Source of the DNA: a bacterium
GTDB taxonomy: Bacteria; J088; JAWLBW01
Length of the DNA stretch: 64,000 nucleotides
Assembly: GCA_041690355.1 (NCBI GenBank)
Contig: JAWLHK010000002.1
Coordinates: 124,001 to 188,000 of the forward strand
Reading direction: 5' to 3'
How positions within the stretch are numbered: the stretch's first letter is position 1; the number at the start of each line of letters is the position of its first letter. Under the pieces are notes generated by a model. It searched no databases, was not told the DNA's origin, and worked only from the letters and a program-made list of their open reading frames with translations. The position numbers were made by a program, and so were the translations under genes. Below, piece after piece: positions 17,056 to 26,566 of this stretch.

Positions 17056-18384
17056 ATGCCAGACCCCCAGCAGATTGTCGCCCAACTCGGTCTGTCGGCT
17101 GAAGAGGAATACCAGCTCCACCTCGAACGGGGGCGGCGCGCCCTCAATACCGACAATCTGATCGAGGCCAAGTCTGAAATCGACAAGTGCCTCGCGGCGC
17201 GTCCCGGCGACAGCGGCGCTCTCAATCTGCGCGCCCTGCTGCTCTTCAAGCTCGAAGAGTACGACGACGCGATTCGGATCTTCAAGGAACTCGTCGAACG
17301 GTTCCCCCAGGAGGCTGTGCTCGTCAACAGTCTGGGGCTCGGATACCTGAAGAAGACCGATTACGAAACCGCGGCGATGTACTTTGAGCGCGCCTGCAAG
17401 ATCGATCACAACTACGCCAAGGCGCACAACTACCTCGGCTTCTGCTACCAGCATCTCGGGCGCTACCGCGAGGCCCGCGAAGAATTTCTGCTCGGCGGCT
17501 CACGCTCGATGGCGGCGCGCATGGAAGAGCTGCTGGCCGAGGCCGAACAGGCCGGCGCGGCCCGGGCCGCCGAGGCGTCGGCGCAACAGGCCCAGGAAGA
17601 TCTCGAGCGCATGATCAAGGAGCCCGAGCCCGAGAAGCCCTCCTTCGCCTCCATCGAAGCAGCGGCGCGCCCGGCTCCGGCCGCCTCGGCCCCTGCGCTT
17701 GCCGGACAGCCCTCGGCGCGCCTTGCGCCGGTGGTGCGCAACCTGACCGACACCGCGGTGGCCTACCAGCTTCATTACGAGAGCGATGCGCCGTGCGCGA
17801 TCAGCGAGGGGGGCGTGCTGCGCATGCGCGGCCAGACCTTCAGCCGGCTGCGGCACACACTGTCGGCTTTCGGGAGCCTCGAGTTCCGCCCCCGCTTGAA
17901 GCGCTACAAGGGTAAGGATCTGAAGTCGTATTTCGGCAGCGACGACGATCCGATTCACGAGCTTGTCGGCGAAGGCGTCGTCTACATCCGCCCTCCGGGA
18001 CGTCTCGTTTCACTCCCGCTCGAAGACGAGATCGTCTACGTGCTCGAAGACCGGGTCTACGCCTTTGCCGGCGATCTTCGCTGGGAGAACGGCCGGCTTC
18101 CGGGCGAGAACGGGGGCGACCTTCTGCTCGTGCAGTTCAAGGGTGCGGGCAATGTCGTCCTGCATGCCGACGCACCGCTGCGGGTGCTGGCGCTTCCGGG
18201 CGATCTCCCCGCGCGTTTTCCCGCCGCCTCGCTCGTCGGCTGGTTCGGCGAGATCGTGCCTCGCCTGACCACCGCCGCCTTTCCCGGCCTTGCCGAGGGA
18301 TCGAGCGTCGTCGAATTCCAGGGGCGCGGGCATGTGCTTTTCGAAATGCCCGCGGGCGCGACCCCGCCGCCGGACGAGGAGTAG
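17056..18384 (+). CDS. TPR-repeat protein with C-terminal AIM24-like domain
   Basis: N-terminal TPRs (NSLGLGYL, AHNYLGFCY), an Ala/Pro linker, then a beta-rich domain (LVQFKGAGNV, VEFQGRGHV). Confidence 0.75.
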   Translation: MPDPQQIVAQLGLSAEEEYQLHLERGRRALNTDNLIEAKSEIDKCLAARPGDSGALNLRALLLFKLEEYDDAIRIFKELVERFPQEAVLVNSLGLGYLKKTDYETAAMYFERACKIDHNYAKAHNYLGFCYQHLGRYREAREEFLLGGSRSMAARMEELLAEAEQAGAARAAEASAQQAQEDLERMIKEPEPEKPSFASIEAAARPAPAASAPALAGQPSARLAPVVRNLTDTAVAYQLHYESDAPCAISEGGVLRMRGQTFSRLRHTLSAFGSLEFRPRLKRYKGKDLKSYFGSDDDPIHELVGEGVVYIRPPGRLVSLPLEDEIVYVLEDRVYAFAGDLRWENGRLPGENGGDLLLVQFKGAGNVVLHADAPLRVLALPGDLPARFPAASLVGWFGEIVPRLTTAAFPGLAEGSSVVEFQGRGHVLFEMPAGATPPPDEE

Positions 18385-18388
18385 CCGC

Positions 18389-19021
18389 ATGCACACCACG
18401 GGGGCTTCGCCGAAGGGTCGCATCTGGAACATTCCGAACGTCTTGACGTTCTTCCGGATCGCGCTCATCGTCCCCTTTCTCCTGCTGATGTACCGGGAGC
18501 AGACCGACCCCGCTTCGTGGGCGAATTACTGGGCGTGTCTGCTCTTCTTCATTGCCTCGATGACCGACTGGGTCGACGGCGTACTCGCGCGGCGGTGGAA
18601 TCTGGTGACCCCGGTCGGGCAGCTGCTCGATCCGCTCGCCGACAAGCTGCTCGTCGCCGCCGCCCTGGTCATGCTCGCTGTTTTCAACGGCCTCGCCGGC
18701 GGCACCGTGGGCGCCCCGGCCTGGGTCGGCATCTTCATCATTGCGCGCGAGCTGGCCGTCACGGGCCTGCGCGGCATGGCCGGCGCCGAAGGGGTCGTCA
18801 TCGCGGCCTCGTCGGGCGGCAAGTGGAAGACTGTCATTCAGCTGCTCGCGCTCGGCGGCCTCATCATGCAGGGCATGCGCGCGGGAGACGCCGCCATCCC
18901 GCTCCCCGGCTTCGCGCTCGACCTCGGGCTCATCGGATATTACGGTCTCTTCGCGGCCCTCGCGCTCACGGCCTGGAGCGGCGCGATCTATTTCGTGCGT
19001 TTCCTTCGCGCCTTCGCGTGA
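18389..19021 (+). CDS. pgsA: CDP-diacylglycerol--glycerol-3-phosphate 3-phosphatidyltransferase
   Basis: NIPNVLTFFRI, TDWVDGVLARR, GQLLDPLADK, REL, GKWKT. Confidence 0.93.
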   Translation: MHTTGASPKGRIWNIPNVLTFFRIALIVPFLLLMYREQTDPASWANYWACLLFFIASMTDWVDGVLARRWNLVTPVGQLLDPLADKLLVAAALVMLAVFNGLAGGTVGAPAWVGIFIIARELAVTGLRGMAGAEGVVIAASSGGKWKTVIQLLALGGLIMQGMRAGDAAIPLPGFALDLGLIGYYGLFAALALTAWSGAIYFVRFLRAFA

Positions 19022-19043
19022 GCGCCCCGGCTGCCGCGCCGCG

Positions 19044-19073
19044 TTGACACTGCGGCAAGAGCTTCGTTATGCT
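19044..19073 (+). promoter_or_regulatory. Sigma70-type promoter for the flavoprotein operon
   Basis: TTGACA-18 bp-TATGCT. Confidence 0.6.
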
Positions 19074-19105
19074 GATTCGCGTCGGCTGCGCGGCGCCTCT
19101 GCCGC

Positions 19106-20674
19106 GTGGCGGCCGATTCCACGAACAGGTGTAGCTTGAGCCTCGACACGCTGCGCACGCGGATTCCGGACCTGGTCGTTTCCGTCGGCGAAGCAGACCG
19201 GATCAACTACGCGCGCGACCTCTACCCGCTGACCCACATCCGCATGCAGGACGCGCGGATTGGTACGCGGCCGCGCGCCGTCGTATGGCCGCAGTCGGCG
19301 GCGCAGATCGCGGCGCTCACGGCCTGGGCCGCCGAGACCGGCACGCCGCTGATACCCTACGGCGCCGGGTCGGGCGTATGTGGGGGAACGCTGGCGTCCG
19401 AAGATGCGGTCATCGTCGACCTCAAGCGCATGAACCGTATCGTCGACCTCGATGAGATTTCGCTGCTCGTGCGCGTGCAGCCGGGCGTGATCGGCGAAGA
19501 CCTCGAGCGCTGGCTCTCCCGGCGTGGTTATACGCTGGGGCACTTTCCCTCTTCCATTTACTGCTCGAGCGTCGGCGGCTGGGTCGCAACCCGTTCGGGC
19601 GGACAGTTCTCGACGAAGTACGGAAAAATCGAGGACATGGTCGTGGCCCAGGAGGTCGTTCTGCCCGACGGAGAAATCGTGCGCACCCGTACGACGCCGC
19701 GGGCCGCGACGGGTCCCGACTGGGATCAGCTCTTCGTCGGCAGTGAAGGAACGCTGGGCTTCATTACGGAAGTGACCCTGCGCGTGCATCCGGCGCCCGA
19801 GGTCCGGTGCTTCCGCGGCTTTCGCTTCGCCGATGTCCCGTCTGCGCTTGCGGGCATGCGCTCCCTTCTGCAGGCCGGGCTGCGTCCCGCGGTCACGCGC
19901 CTGTACGACGAGATCGATACCCTGGTCGCCGGCAACAGGAAGCCCGCGGCAGACGATGTCGTTCCCGGGTGGAAGCAGAAGTTCAGCCGTTCGCTTCGCG
20001 AGCACAACGTATTTCTGCAGCTCGCCCAGCGCACGGCGTTCCGCCACCCGAAAATGGTTCATGCCCTGGTCGACATGCTTCCCGGCAGCTGTCTGTTGAC
20101 CGTCATGTTCGAAGGCGCGGCCGGCCTGACCGAAGCCGAAGCCGACGAGGGCTGGCGGATTCTCTCCGAGCTGGGGGGGCGCGATCTCGGGCCGGCGCCG
20201 GGCGAAGCCTGGTATGCGACGCGCTATCACGTCAGCTACCGGCAGAGCGCCCTGTTCGCCGCCGGGGCCTTCGTCGATACCTGCGAAGTTGCGACGACGT
20301 GGGGCGCCATTGACGATCTGTACTTGGGCATGCTGCGCGCCGTGCAGTCGCAGGCGCTCATCATGGCCCACTTCTCTCATGCCTATCACGAAGGGGTGAA
20401 CATCTACTTCACGTTCGCCGCGACGGCCGGCACGCCCGCCGAGCAGGAGCGTCTTTACGAAACCATCTGGGAGCGGCTCATGGAGAGCTGCCTGCGGTAC
20501 GGCGGCACCATCAGTCATCATCACGGCATCGGATTCTCGAAGCAGCGCTGGCTCGCGCGGGAACTCGGCGGCGGGATGGAGGTCTTTCGCGCCGCCAAAC
20601 GCGCCATCGATCCGCGCGGGCTGCTCAATCCGGGCAAGATGGGCCTCGCGCTCTCCGAAGGGGAGCGCCGATGA
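19106..20674 (+). CDS. FAD-linked oxidoreductase, alkyl-dihydroxyacetonephosphate synthase (AGPS)-like, copy 1
   Basis: PYGAGSGVCGG, GHFPSSIYCSSVGGWVATRSGGQFSTKYGKIED, GSEGTLG, HFSHAY, ISHHHGIG, LNPGK. Start uncertain (GTG 19106 or TTG 19136). Confidence 0.85.
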   Translation: MAADSTNRCSLSLDTLRTRIPDLVVSVGEADRINYARDLYPLTHIRMQDARIGTRPRAVVWPQSAAQIAALTAWAAETGTPLIPYGAGSGVCGGTLASEDAVIVDLKRMNRIVDLDEISLLVRVQPGVIGEDLERWLSRRGYTLGHFPSSIYCSSVGGWVATRSGGQFSTKYGKIEDMVVAQEVVLPDGEIVRTRTTPRAATGPDWDQLFVGSEGTLGFITEVTLRVHPAPEVRCFRGFRFADVPSALAGMRSLLQAGLRPAVTRLYDEIDTLVAGNRKPAADDVVPGWKQKFSRSLREHNVFLQLAQRTAFRHPKMVHALVDMLPGSCLLTVMFEGAAGLTEAEADEGWRILSELGGRDLGPAPGEAWYATRYHVSYRQSALFAAGAFVDTCEVATTWGAIDDLYLGMLRAVQSQALIMAHFSHAYHEGVNIYFTFAATAGTPAEQERLYETIWERLMESCLRYGGTISHHHGIGFSKQRWLARELGGGMEVFRAAKRAIDPRGLLNPGKMGLALSEGERR

Positions 20675-22113
20675 CGACCGGCACGTTCGGCACGCAGCCT
20701 TCGGCGGCGCAGAGTCCGCCTTCGACGGGGCAGACTCCGATTGATGCGCTTCACGTCCTCTTTCCCCAGCGGGTTTCGACGCGGCAGGTCGATCGAGTCG
20801 TCTACCATCGTGATCTTTCTCCGGCGCAACAGCTTGCGGTGCGCGAGGGAACCGTCGGCATGCTCCCCGATGCCGTCGTCTGGCCCGAGAACGTTCAGGA
20901 CGTCACCTCTCTGCTGCGCCTCGCCAACGAACACGGGATCCCGATCGTTCCGTGGGGGGGCGGCAGCAGCGTCGTCGGCGCCGCCACTCCCGTGCGCGGG
21001 GGAATCGTCTGCGACCTGAAGCGCATGAACCGTCTCGTGCAGATGGATGAGCGCAGCCTGCTCTACGTGGCCGAGGCGGGTATCAACGGGGAAGATCTGG
21101 AGCGGCAGCTGAACGCCGCGGGATTCACGACCGGTCACTTCCCCTCGTCCATCTACTGTTCGACGCTGGGCGGCTGGCTGGCCACGCGCTCGGCCGGGCA
21201 GATGTCGACGCGGTACGGAAAGATTGAGGATCTGGTCGTCTCACTCGAGGCCGTGCTGCCTTCGGGTCGCGTCATTCAGACCAAGGCCGCCCCGCGTTCG
21301 GCCACGGGGCCCGACATCGATCAGCTGCTCGTGGGCAGCGAAGGTACGCTCGGCGTGATCACCCGCGCGACGATGCGCATGTTTCCGCTGCCCGAGTCGC
21401 GCCGGTTCGTCTGCACCGTGTTCGACAGCCTCAATGCGGGGCTCGAGGCCGTGCGCCTGCTGCTGCGGCGAGGTGTCCGGCCCGCGGTCGTGCGGCTCTA
21501 CGACGAGCTGGATACGACGCTGGCGCTTTCGTCGCTGGGGCTCGAGATGAACGGCAATCTGCTCATTCTCGGCTTCGAAGGGCGTCACGCCATGGTCGAG
21601 GCCGAAATGAATGCCGCCCGCCCGTTGCTTGCCGCCGGAGAAGATGCAGGCGAGGGGCCGGGGGAGTGGTGGTATGAGCATCGCTACCGTATTTCCTACA
21701 AACAGAGCGTCGTGCTTGCCGGCGAGCAGATGGTCGTCGATACCTGCGAGGTCGCGGCGACGTGGTCCCGCATCCGCGAGGTCTACGCAGCCGTACAGCG
21801 CGCGCTGGCCGGATACGTGACGGTGCTCGCCCACTTCAGCCACGCCTACCCCGAAGGCATCAGTATTTACTTCTCATTCGTGGGGAATGCCGACGGACAT
21901 CCGGCCGCCGGGTTTCATGCGGAACTCTGGCGCCGTACGCTGGATGCCGTGGTGTCGGCGGGAGGCAGCATTTCACACCACCATGGCATCGGGCTGCTCA
22001 AGGCCCCCTGGCTCGCCGCCGAACTCGGCGGGCTTCACGCCGTATTCGCGCGTCTGAAAAGAGAACTCGACCCGAACAACATCCTCAATCCCGGAAAGAT
22101 GGGGCTGCCGTGA
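20671..22113 (+). CDS. FAD-linked oxidoreductase, AGPS-like, copy 2
   Basis: Same motif set: GHFPSSIYCSTLGGWLATRSAGQMSTRYGKIED, HFSHAY, ISHHHGIG. ATGA overlap with copy 1. Confidence 0.87.
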   Translation: MTTGTFGTQPSAAQSPPSTGQTPIDALHVLFPQRVSTRQVDRVVYHRDLSPAQQLAVREGTVGMLPDAVVWPENVQDVTSLLRLANEHGIPIVPWGGGSSVVGAATPVRGGIVCDLKRMNRLVQMDERSLLYVAEAGINGEDLERQLNAAGFTTGHFPSSIYCSTLGGWLATRSAGQMSTRYGKIEDLVVSLEAVLPSGRVIQTKAAPRSATGPDIDQLLVGSEGTLGVITRATMRMFPLPESRRFVCTVFDSLNAGLEAVRLLLRRGVRPAVVRLYDELDTTLALSSLGLEMNGNLLILGFEGRHAMVEAEMNAARPLLAAGEDAGEGPGEWWYEHRYRISYKQSVVLAGEQMVVDTCEVAATWSRIREVYAAVQRALAGYVTVLAHFSHAYPEGISIYFSFVGNADGHPAAGFHAELWRRTLDAVVSAGGSISHHHGIGLLKAPWLAAELGGLHAVFARLKRELDPNNILNPGKMGLP

Positions 22114-23210
22114 TCGCAGAGTCCTACCGTAGAGAAATCCAGTACTGCACGTTCTGTCCCAAGATGTGCCGCTTCGTCTGTCCCACCGCCATCGCCGAGG
22201 CCCGCGAGACCGTGACGCCGACGGGCAAACAGACGCTGCTCTATCTTGTGCAGCAGGAGGCAGTGCCGCTCGACACCGAGGCGGTGCAGACCTTTCAGCA
22301 GTGCACGGGCTGCGGGCTGTGCACGGAATACTGTGACCATGACATTGACGTCTACCCGGTCATGCGCGAGGCGCGCGCCGAAGGCGCACGCCGCGGCGTC
22401 GTCACCCCCGAAGCCCGCAACGTGCTCGACAACTATCTTCAGTACGGGAATCCATACGGCAACCTGACCCCGGCGTACCTGAACCGGGTGGGCGCGCGCA
22501 TACTGCGTCAGGCACAGGTTTTCTACGTGCCAGATGTTTCGGCCATCGCGCGTCGACCCGAGGCGCTCGACGCCGTGCTGCTCGTGCTCGAAAAGCTGCA
22601 TCAGGAGAATGTCGCCCTGTGGCCCGGCCCGATGCTGGGCAGCGGCTATCTGTTGCACACGCTCGGCTTCGACGACGAGTTCCGGGCGCACGCGAAGGCG
22701 TTCGCCGACGTTGCGCGCGGCGCCCGCACGCTCGTCTTTGCTTCACCCCACGATGCCGAGACGGTGCGCAAACACTATCCGGCCGCCGGCGCGCAGCTCG
22801 AGGCCGAAGTGCTGACCGAAGCCGAGTGGCTTCTACGGATACTCGCGCACCAGGACGTGCCCGGACAATCTGCGCGGCGGGTACTCTATCACGACCCCTG
22901 CTCACTGGGGCGCGGCCTCGGCGTCTACGACGCGCCACGCCGGATCATCGAGGCGGTCAACGGTTCGCCGGCGCTCGAATTTTCCTGGTCCGGGGCCGAG
23001 AGCAAGTGCTGTGGATGGGGCGGCGGATATGCATTTACGGTTCCCGAGAGCGCCAAAATCGTCGCGCGGAACCGGATTGATGAAGCGGTCGAACAGACTC
23101 CCGACGAGATCGTCACCGGATCGACTTCCTGCGCCGTGCAGCTGCTGAGCGCGGCGGGACATTCGATGCCGGTCTTCGATCTCATGACCTGGCTGGCGGT
23201 GCGGCTATGA
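22110..23210 (+). CDS. Fe-S oxidoreductase subunit (GlpC/GlcF-like: 2x[4Fe-4S] + CCG domain)
   Basis: GTG overlaps the upstream stop. CTFCPKMCRFVCP, CTGCGLCTEYC, YHDPCSLGR, KCCGWGGG. Confidence 0.85.
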   Translation: MIAESYRREIQYCTFCPKMCRFVCPTAIAEARETVTPTGKQTLLYLVQQEAVPLDTEAVQTFQQCTGCGLCTEYCDHDIDVYPVMREARAEGARRGVVTPEARNVLDNYLQYGNPYGNLTPAYLNRVGARILRQAQVFYVPDVSAIARRPEALDAVLLVLEKLHQENVALWPGPMLGSGYLLHTLGFDDEFRAHAKAFADVARGARTLVFASPHDAETVRKHYPAAGAQLEAEVLTEAEWLLRILAHQDVPGQSARRVLYHDPCSLGRGLGVYDAPRRIIEAVNGSPALEFSWSGAESKCCGWGGGYAFTVPESAKIVARNRIDEAVEQTPDEIVTGSTSCAVQLLSAAGHSMPVFDLMTWLAVRL

Positions 23211-24178
23211 CGAAAACGACGACGACATTCTCGCGGCCCTGCTTCATCGTAAACCCGAACTCGGCGAACCGAAGCACCGGTCGCGACTGGGCTGACATCG
23301 AGGCGCTGGCGCGCCGCGTCTTTCCGGCGATGGAGACGCGCTTCACGCAGCGCACGTTCGAGGCGCCCGAACTCGTGCGCGCGGCGCTGCGCGAGGGAGC
23401 CGATCTGATCGTGAGCGTCGGCGGCGACGGTACGCACAATGAAGTCGTCAACGGTTTCTTCGAAGACGATCGGGTGATCAATCCCGACGCGGTGCTGGGT
23501 ATTCTGGCGCGGGGGACGGGCGGAGACTTCCGCCGCACGCTCGGGCTCGAGCGCGCCGTGGGCAGAACGCTTGTCGACGCGGTCGAGTCGCTGGGCCGCT
23601 GCCACGTCGCCCCGTGCGACGTGGGACGCATGGCTTACGTCACTTCGGATGGAAAGCCGGATGTTCGCCGCTTCATCAACATCACCAGCTTCGGCATCGG
23701 CGGTGAAGTTGATGCGGCCGTGAACCGCTCGACGAAAATCCTCGGCGGCAAGGCGAGCTTTCTCATCGGTTCGTTGAAGGCGACCGCGCGCTATCGCAAT
23801 CGCAATGTACAAGTCGTCGTCGACGGGGCCGAAGTCTATCGCGGTCGCATCTACAACGTCGCCGTCGCGAACGGAAAATTTTTCGGCGGCGGCATGATGA
23901 TCGCGCCCGATGCACGCATCGACGACGGACTCTTCGACGTCGTCATCTGCGCAGACTTTTCTTTCGGCGATGCGTTGCGTCTCGGTCGCACCGTCTATCG
24001 CGGCGAACATCGCAACATGGCGCGCGTGCGCTTTCTGCGCGGGCGCGAGGTCATTGCGACGAGTGAAGAAGAAGTGCTGCTCGACGTCGATGGCGAACAG
24101 CCCGGTCGGCTCGAGGCGCGCTTCACGATCGAACCGCAGGCGATTCGAGTCCTGCGTCGCGGCGATCCGGGAACGTGA
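23207..24178 (+). CDS. Diacylglycerol/lipid kinase family (YegS/DgkB-like)
   Basis: IVNPNS, VGGDGTHNEVVNG, GTGGDF, NGKFFGGGM, DDGLFDV, DVDGE. Confidence 0.9.
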   Translation: MTKTTTTFSRPCFIVNPNSANRSTGRDWADIEALARRVFPAMETRFTQRTFEAPELVRAALREGADLIVSVGGDGTHNEVVNGFFEDDRVINPDAVLGILARGTGGDFRRTLGLERAVGRTLVDAVESLGRCHVAPCDVGRMAYVTSDGKPDVRRFINITSFGIGGEVDAAVNRSTKILGGKASFLIGSLKATARYRNRNVQVVVDGAEVYRGRIYNVAVANGKFFGGGMMIAPDARIDDGLFDVVICADFSFGDALRLGRTVYRGEHRNMARVRFLRGREVIATSEEEVLLDVDGEQPGRLEARFTIEPQAIRVLRRGDPGT

Positions 24179-24205
24179 CCGAGATCAAACCGCGTTTCGA
24201 TCTCC

Positions 24206-24234
24206 TTGACACGATCTAGCAAATTGTATACATT
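24206..24234 (+). promoter_or_regulatory. Sigma70-type promoter, preceded by a hairpin at 24181-24204
   Basis: TTGACA-17 bp-TACATT in an AT-rich patch; inverted repeat GAGATC-AAAC-CGC-GTTT-C-GATCTC just upstream. Confidence 0.55.
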
Positions 24235-24665
24235 CAACTCAATTACCAAGCCAAGGATGAACGACCGATTGTTTCCCAAGCGCGAATACATTCAGGCTCA
24301 CTATCGTTCAGCTGTATCTCTTCCTTCTGCCGTTTTGCTGACGGCGCATTTCACGTTTCGCGCTGCCATCCTTGTTCGTGTGGAGTCGTTTGACGCGTAT
24401 GGGTTTTGAACCGCGTGCCGTTGACAACACGGTGCCCACGAACGCTCCTGAGCGCTTCATCCCCTTGTCCACTTTTTTCCGCTTTTCTGTCGCCGGGGCT
24501 CGTCCCCTGGCTTCGGTTGCGTCCGAGTTTCCTGTTGCTCGGACCCGGATCGCCCGATCCGTGGCAGCCGCCTATCATCTATATGGATATGCGCTGCCGA
24601 CAGCAGGACCCTACGGGGTCGAACCGGTTCGTTCGATGCCCTAACCCTATTGGAGGAGAACCAAA

Positions 24666-25001
24666 ATGGCCATTAAGACGAAGAAGGTCGTGGCTCGCGC
24701 CAAGACCGCCAAGAACGAAGTGAAGCCCGCCGCCAAGAAGCCTGCTGCCAAGAAGGCTGCCGCCAAGAAGCCGGCCGCCAAGAAGGCCGCTGCCAAGAAG
24801 CCGGCCGCCAAGAAGGCTGCTGCCAAGAAGCCGGCCGCCAAGAAGGCTGCTGCCAAGAAGCCGGCCGCCAAGAAGGCTGCCGCCAAGAAGCCGGTCGCCA
24901 AGAAGGCTGCCGCCAAGAAGCCGGCTGCCAAGAAGGCTGTTGCCAAGAAGGCCGTTGCCAAGAAGAAGCCGGCTGCCAAGAAGGCTGCCAAGAAGGCCTG
25001 A
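24666..25001 (+). CDS. Histone H1-like basic DNA-binding protein ([10 protein letters not shown] repeats)
   Basis: SD GGAGGAG at about 24652-24658. About 8 tandem [10 protein letters not shown] decapeptides (30-bp repeats). Followed by a terminator. Confidence 0.85.
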   Translation: MAIKTKKVVARAKTAKNEVKPAAKKPAAKKAAAKKPAAKKAAAKKPAAKKAAAKKPAAKKAAAKKPAAKKAAAKKPVAKKAAAKKPAAKKAVAKKAVAKKKPAAKKAAKKA

Positions 25002-25020
25002 GTCCGGCGGGACGGACCAG

Positions 25021-25051
25021 AAACGGGCGACTCTGTCGCCCGTTTTTTTTT
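25021..25051 (+). terminator. Rho-independent terminator
   Basis: AAACGGGCGAC-TCT-GTCGCCCGTTT followed by a T-run. Confidence 0.9.
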
Positions 25052-25140
25052 ACCCCGCGCGCCAAAGGGCGGGTTCTCGGCACGCTTGCCGCGCCGATTC
25101 CGCAACCGCCATGCAGGACCCCGATCCCGGGCGCAGCGGT

Positions 25141-25169
25141 TTGGTCGCCCCCCAGGCTTCCTGTATAAT
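25141..25169 (+). promoter_or_regulatory. Sigma70-type promoter of icd
   Basis: TTGGTC-17 bp-TATAAT. Confidence 0.55.
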
Positions 25170-25222
25170 GACTCGTTTACGAACCCCGCGTTTTCGCGCG
25201 GCAGAACCGTCGGAGTCATTCC

Positions 25223-26479
25223 ATGCCAAAGTACGACAAGCTGGTTCCTCCCAAAGAGGGATCGAAGATCACGGTCAACAAGGACAAGAGCCTCAACGTC
25301 CCCGATGATCCGATCATTCCTTTCATTGAAGGTGACGGAACCGGTCCCGACATCTGGGCCGCCTCGGTGCGCGTCTTCGACGCGGCCGTGAAGAAGGCCT
25401 TCCGCGGCAAGAAGAAGATCGTCTGGTTCGAAGTCTTCGCCGGCGAAAAGGCCAACGAGGTCTATGGCCCGAATAGCTGGCTGCCCGAAGATACCCTGAA
25501 GGCGATCAAGGAATACATCGTCGCCATCAAGGGCCCGCTCACGACGCCGGTCGGCGGCGGCATCCGCTCGATCAACGTGACCCTGCGTCAGGAGCTCGAC
25601 CTGTATTCCTGCGAACGCCCGGTGCGCTACTTCCGCGGCGTGCCGAGCCCGATGAAGCAGCCCGAGAAACTCGACGTCAAAATCTTCCGCGAAAACACCG
25701 AAGACGTCTACGCCGGTATCGAGTGGAAGAGCGGCAGCAAGGAAGCCAAGGCCGTCATCGATTTCATCAACTCGAACTTCAAGAAGAACATCCGGGCCGG
25801 CAGCGGCATCGGCATCAAGCCGATCTCGAAGTTCGGCACGCAGCGCCTCGTGCGCCGCGCCGTGCAGTACGCCATCGACGCGAAGGCTTCGAGCGTCACG
25901 CTGGTGCACAAGGGCAACATCATGAAGTTCACCGAAGGCGCCTTCCGCGACTGGGGCTATGAGCTCGTCGAGAAGGAGTTCGGCGACAAGGCCGTCACCT
26001 GGGATCAGGTCGCGAAGAACCATGGCGGTAAAGTGCCCAAGGGCAAGATTCTCGTCAAGGATGTCATCGCCGACGCCATGTTTCAGCAGCTTCTTCTGCG
26101 CCCCGACGAATACTCGGTCATCGCCTCGCCGAACCTCAACGGCGACTACCTGAGCGACGCCTGCGCCGCGCAGGTGGGGGGCCTCGGTATCGCACCGGGG
26201 GCGAATGTCGGCGACAAGGCCGCCGTCTTTGAAGCGACGCACGGCACGGCCCCGAAGTATGCCGGGCTCGACAAGGTGAACCCCGGTTCGGTCATTCTCT
26301 CGGGCGTCATGATGCTCGAGCACCTGGGCTGGAAGAAGGCGGCCGACCTGATCGTCAACGCCATGGAAAAAGCCATTCAGCAGAAGACCGTTACCTACGA
26401 CTTCGCCCGCCAGATGGATGGCGCCAAAGAGCTCAAGTGCTCGGAGTTCGCCGACGCCATCATCAAGAACATGGGCTGA
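25223..26479 (+). CDS. icd: NADP-dependent isocitrate dehydrogenase (E. coli type)
   Basis: [58 protein letters not shown]; strong codon bias. Confidence 0.97.
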   Translation: MPKYDKLVPPKEGSKITVNKDKSLNVPDDPIIPFIEGDGTGPDIWAASVRVFDAAVKKAFRGKKKIVWFEVFAGEKANEVYGPNSWLPEDTLKAIKEYIVAIKGPLTTPVGGGIRSINVTLRQELDLYSCERPVRYFRGVPSPMKQPEKLDVKIFRENTEDVYAGIEWKSGSKEAKAVIDFINSNFKKNIRAGSGIGIKPISKFGTQRLVRRAVQYAIDAKASSVTLVHKGNIMKFTEGAFRDWGYELVEKEFGDKAVTWDQVAKNHGGKVPKGKILVKDVIADAMFQQLLLRPDEYSVIASPNLNGDYLSDACAAQVGGLGIAPGANVGDKAAVFEATHGTAPKYAGLDKVNPGSVILSGVMMLEHLGWKKAADLIVNAMEKAIQQKTVTYDFARQMDGAKELKCSEFADAIIKNMG

Positions 26480-26501
26480 GGCCCGGCGGATCATCTGCCT
26501 G

Positions 26502-26535
26502 AAACGGGACGGCCGCAAGCCGTCCCGTTTTTTTT
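26502..26535 (+). terminator. Rho-independent terminator
   Basis: AAACGGGACGGC-CGCAA-GCCGTCCCGTTT followed by a T-run. Confidence 0.9.
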
Positions 26536-26566
26536 CATCTCTCTGCCGGCGTGGTAGGCTGTGCAC

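Noticed and set aside
19022-19135. Possible tRNA after pgsA (common in proteobacteria)
   Set aside because: No cloverleaf, T-loop GTTCG or CCA end visible.
24720-24998. Regular 15/30-bp repeats as a possible CRISPR array
   Set aside because: No unique spacers; in-frame coding repeats; no cas genes in the window.
24647-26566. 639-aa minus-strand ORF with FLAAG repeats
   Set aside because: Mirror of icd and the histone-like gene; the SD, promoter and terminators all support the plus strand.
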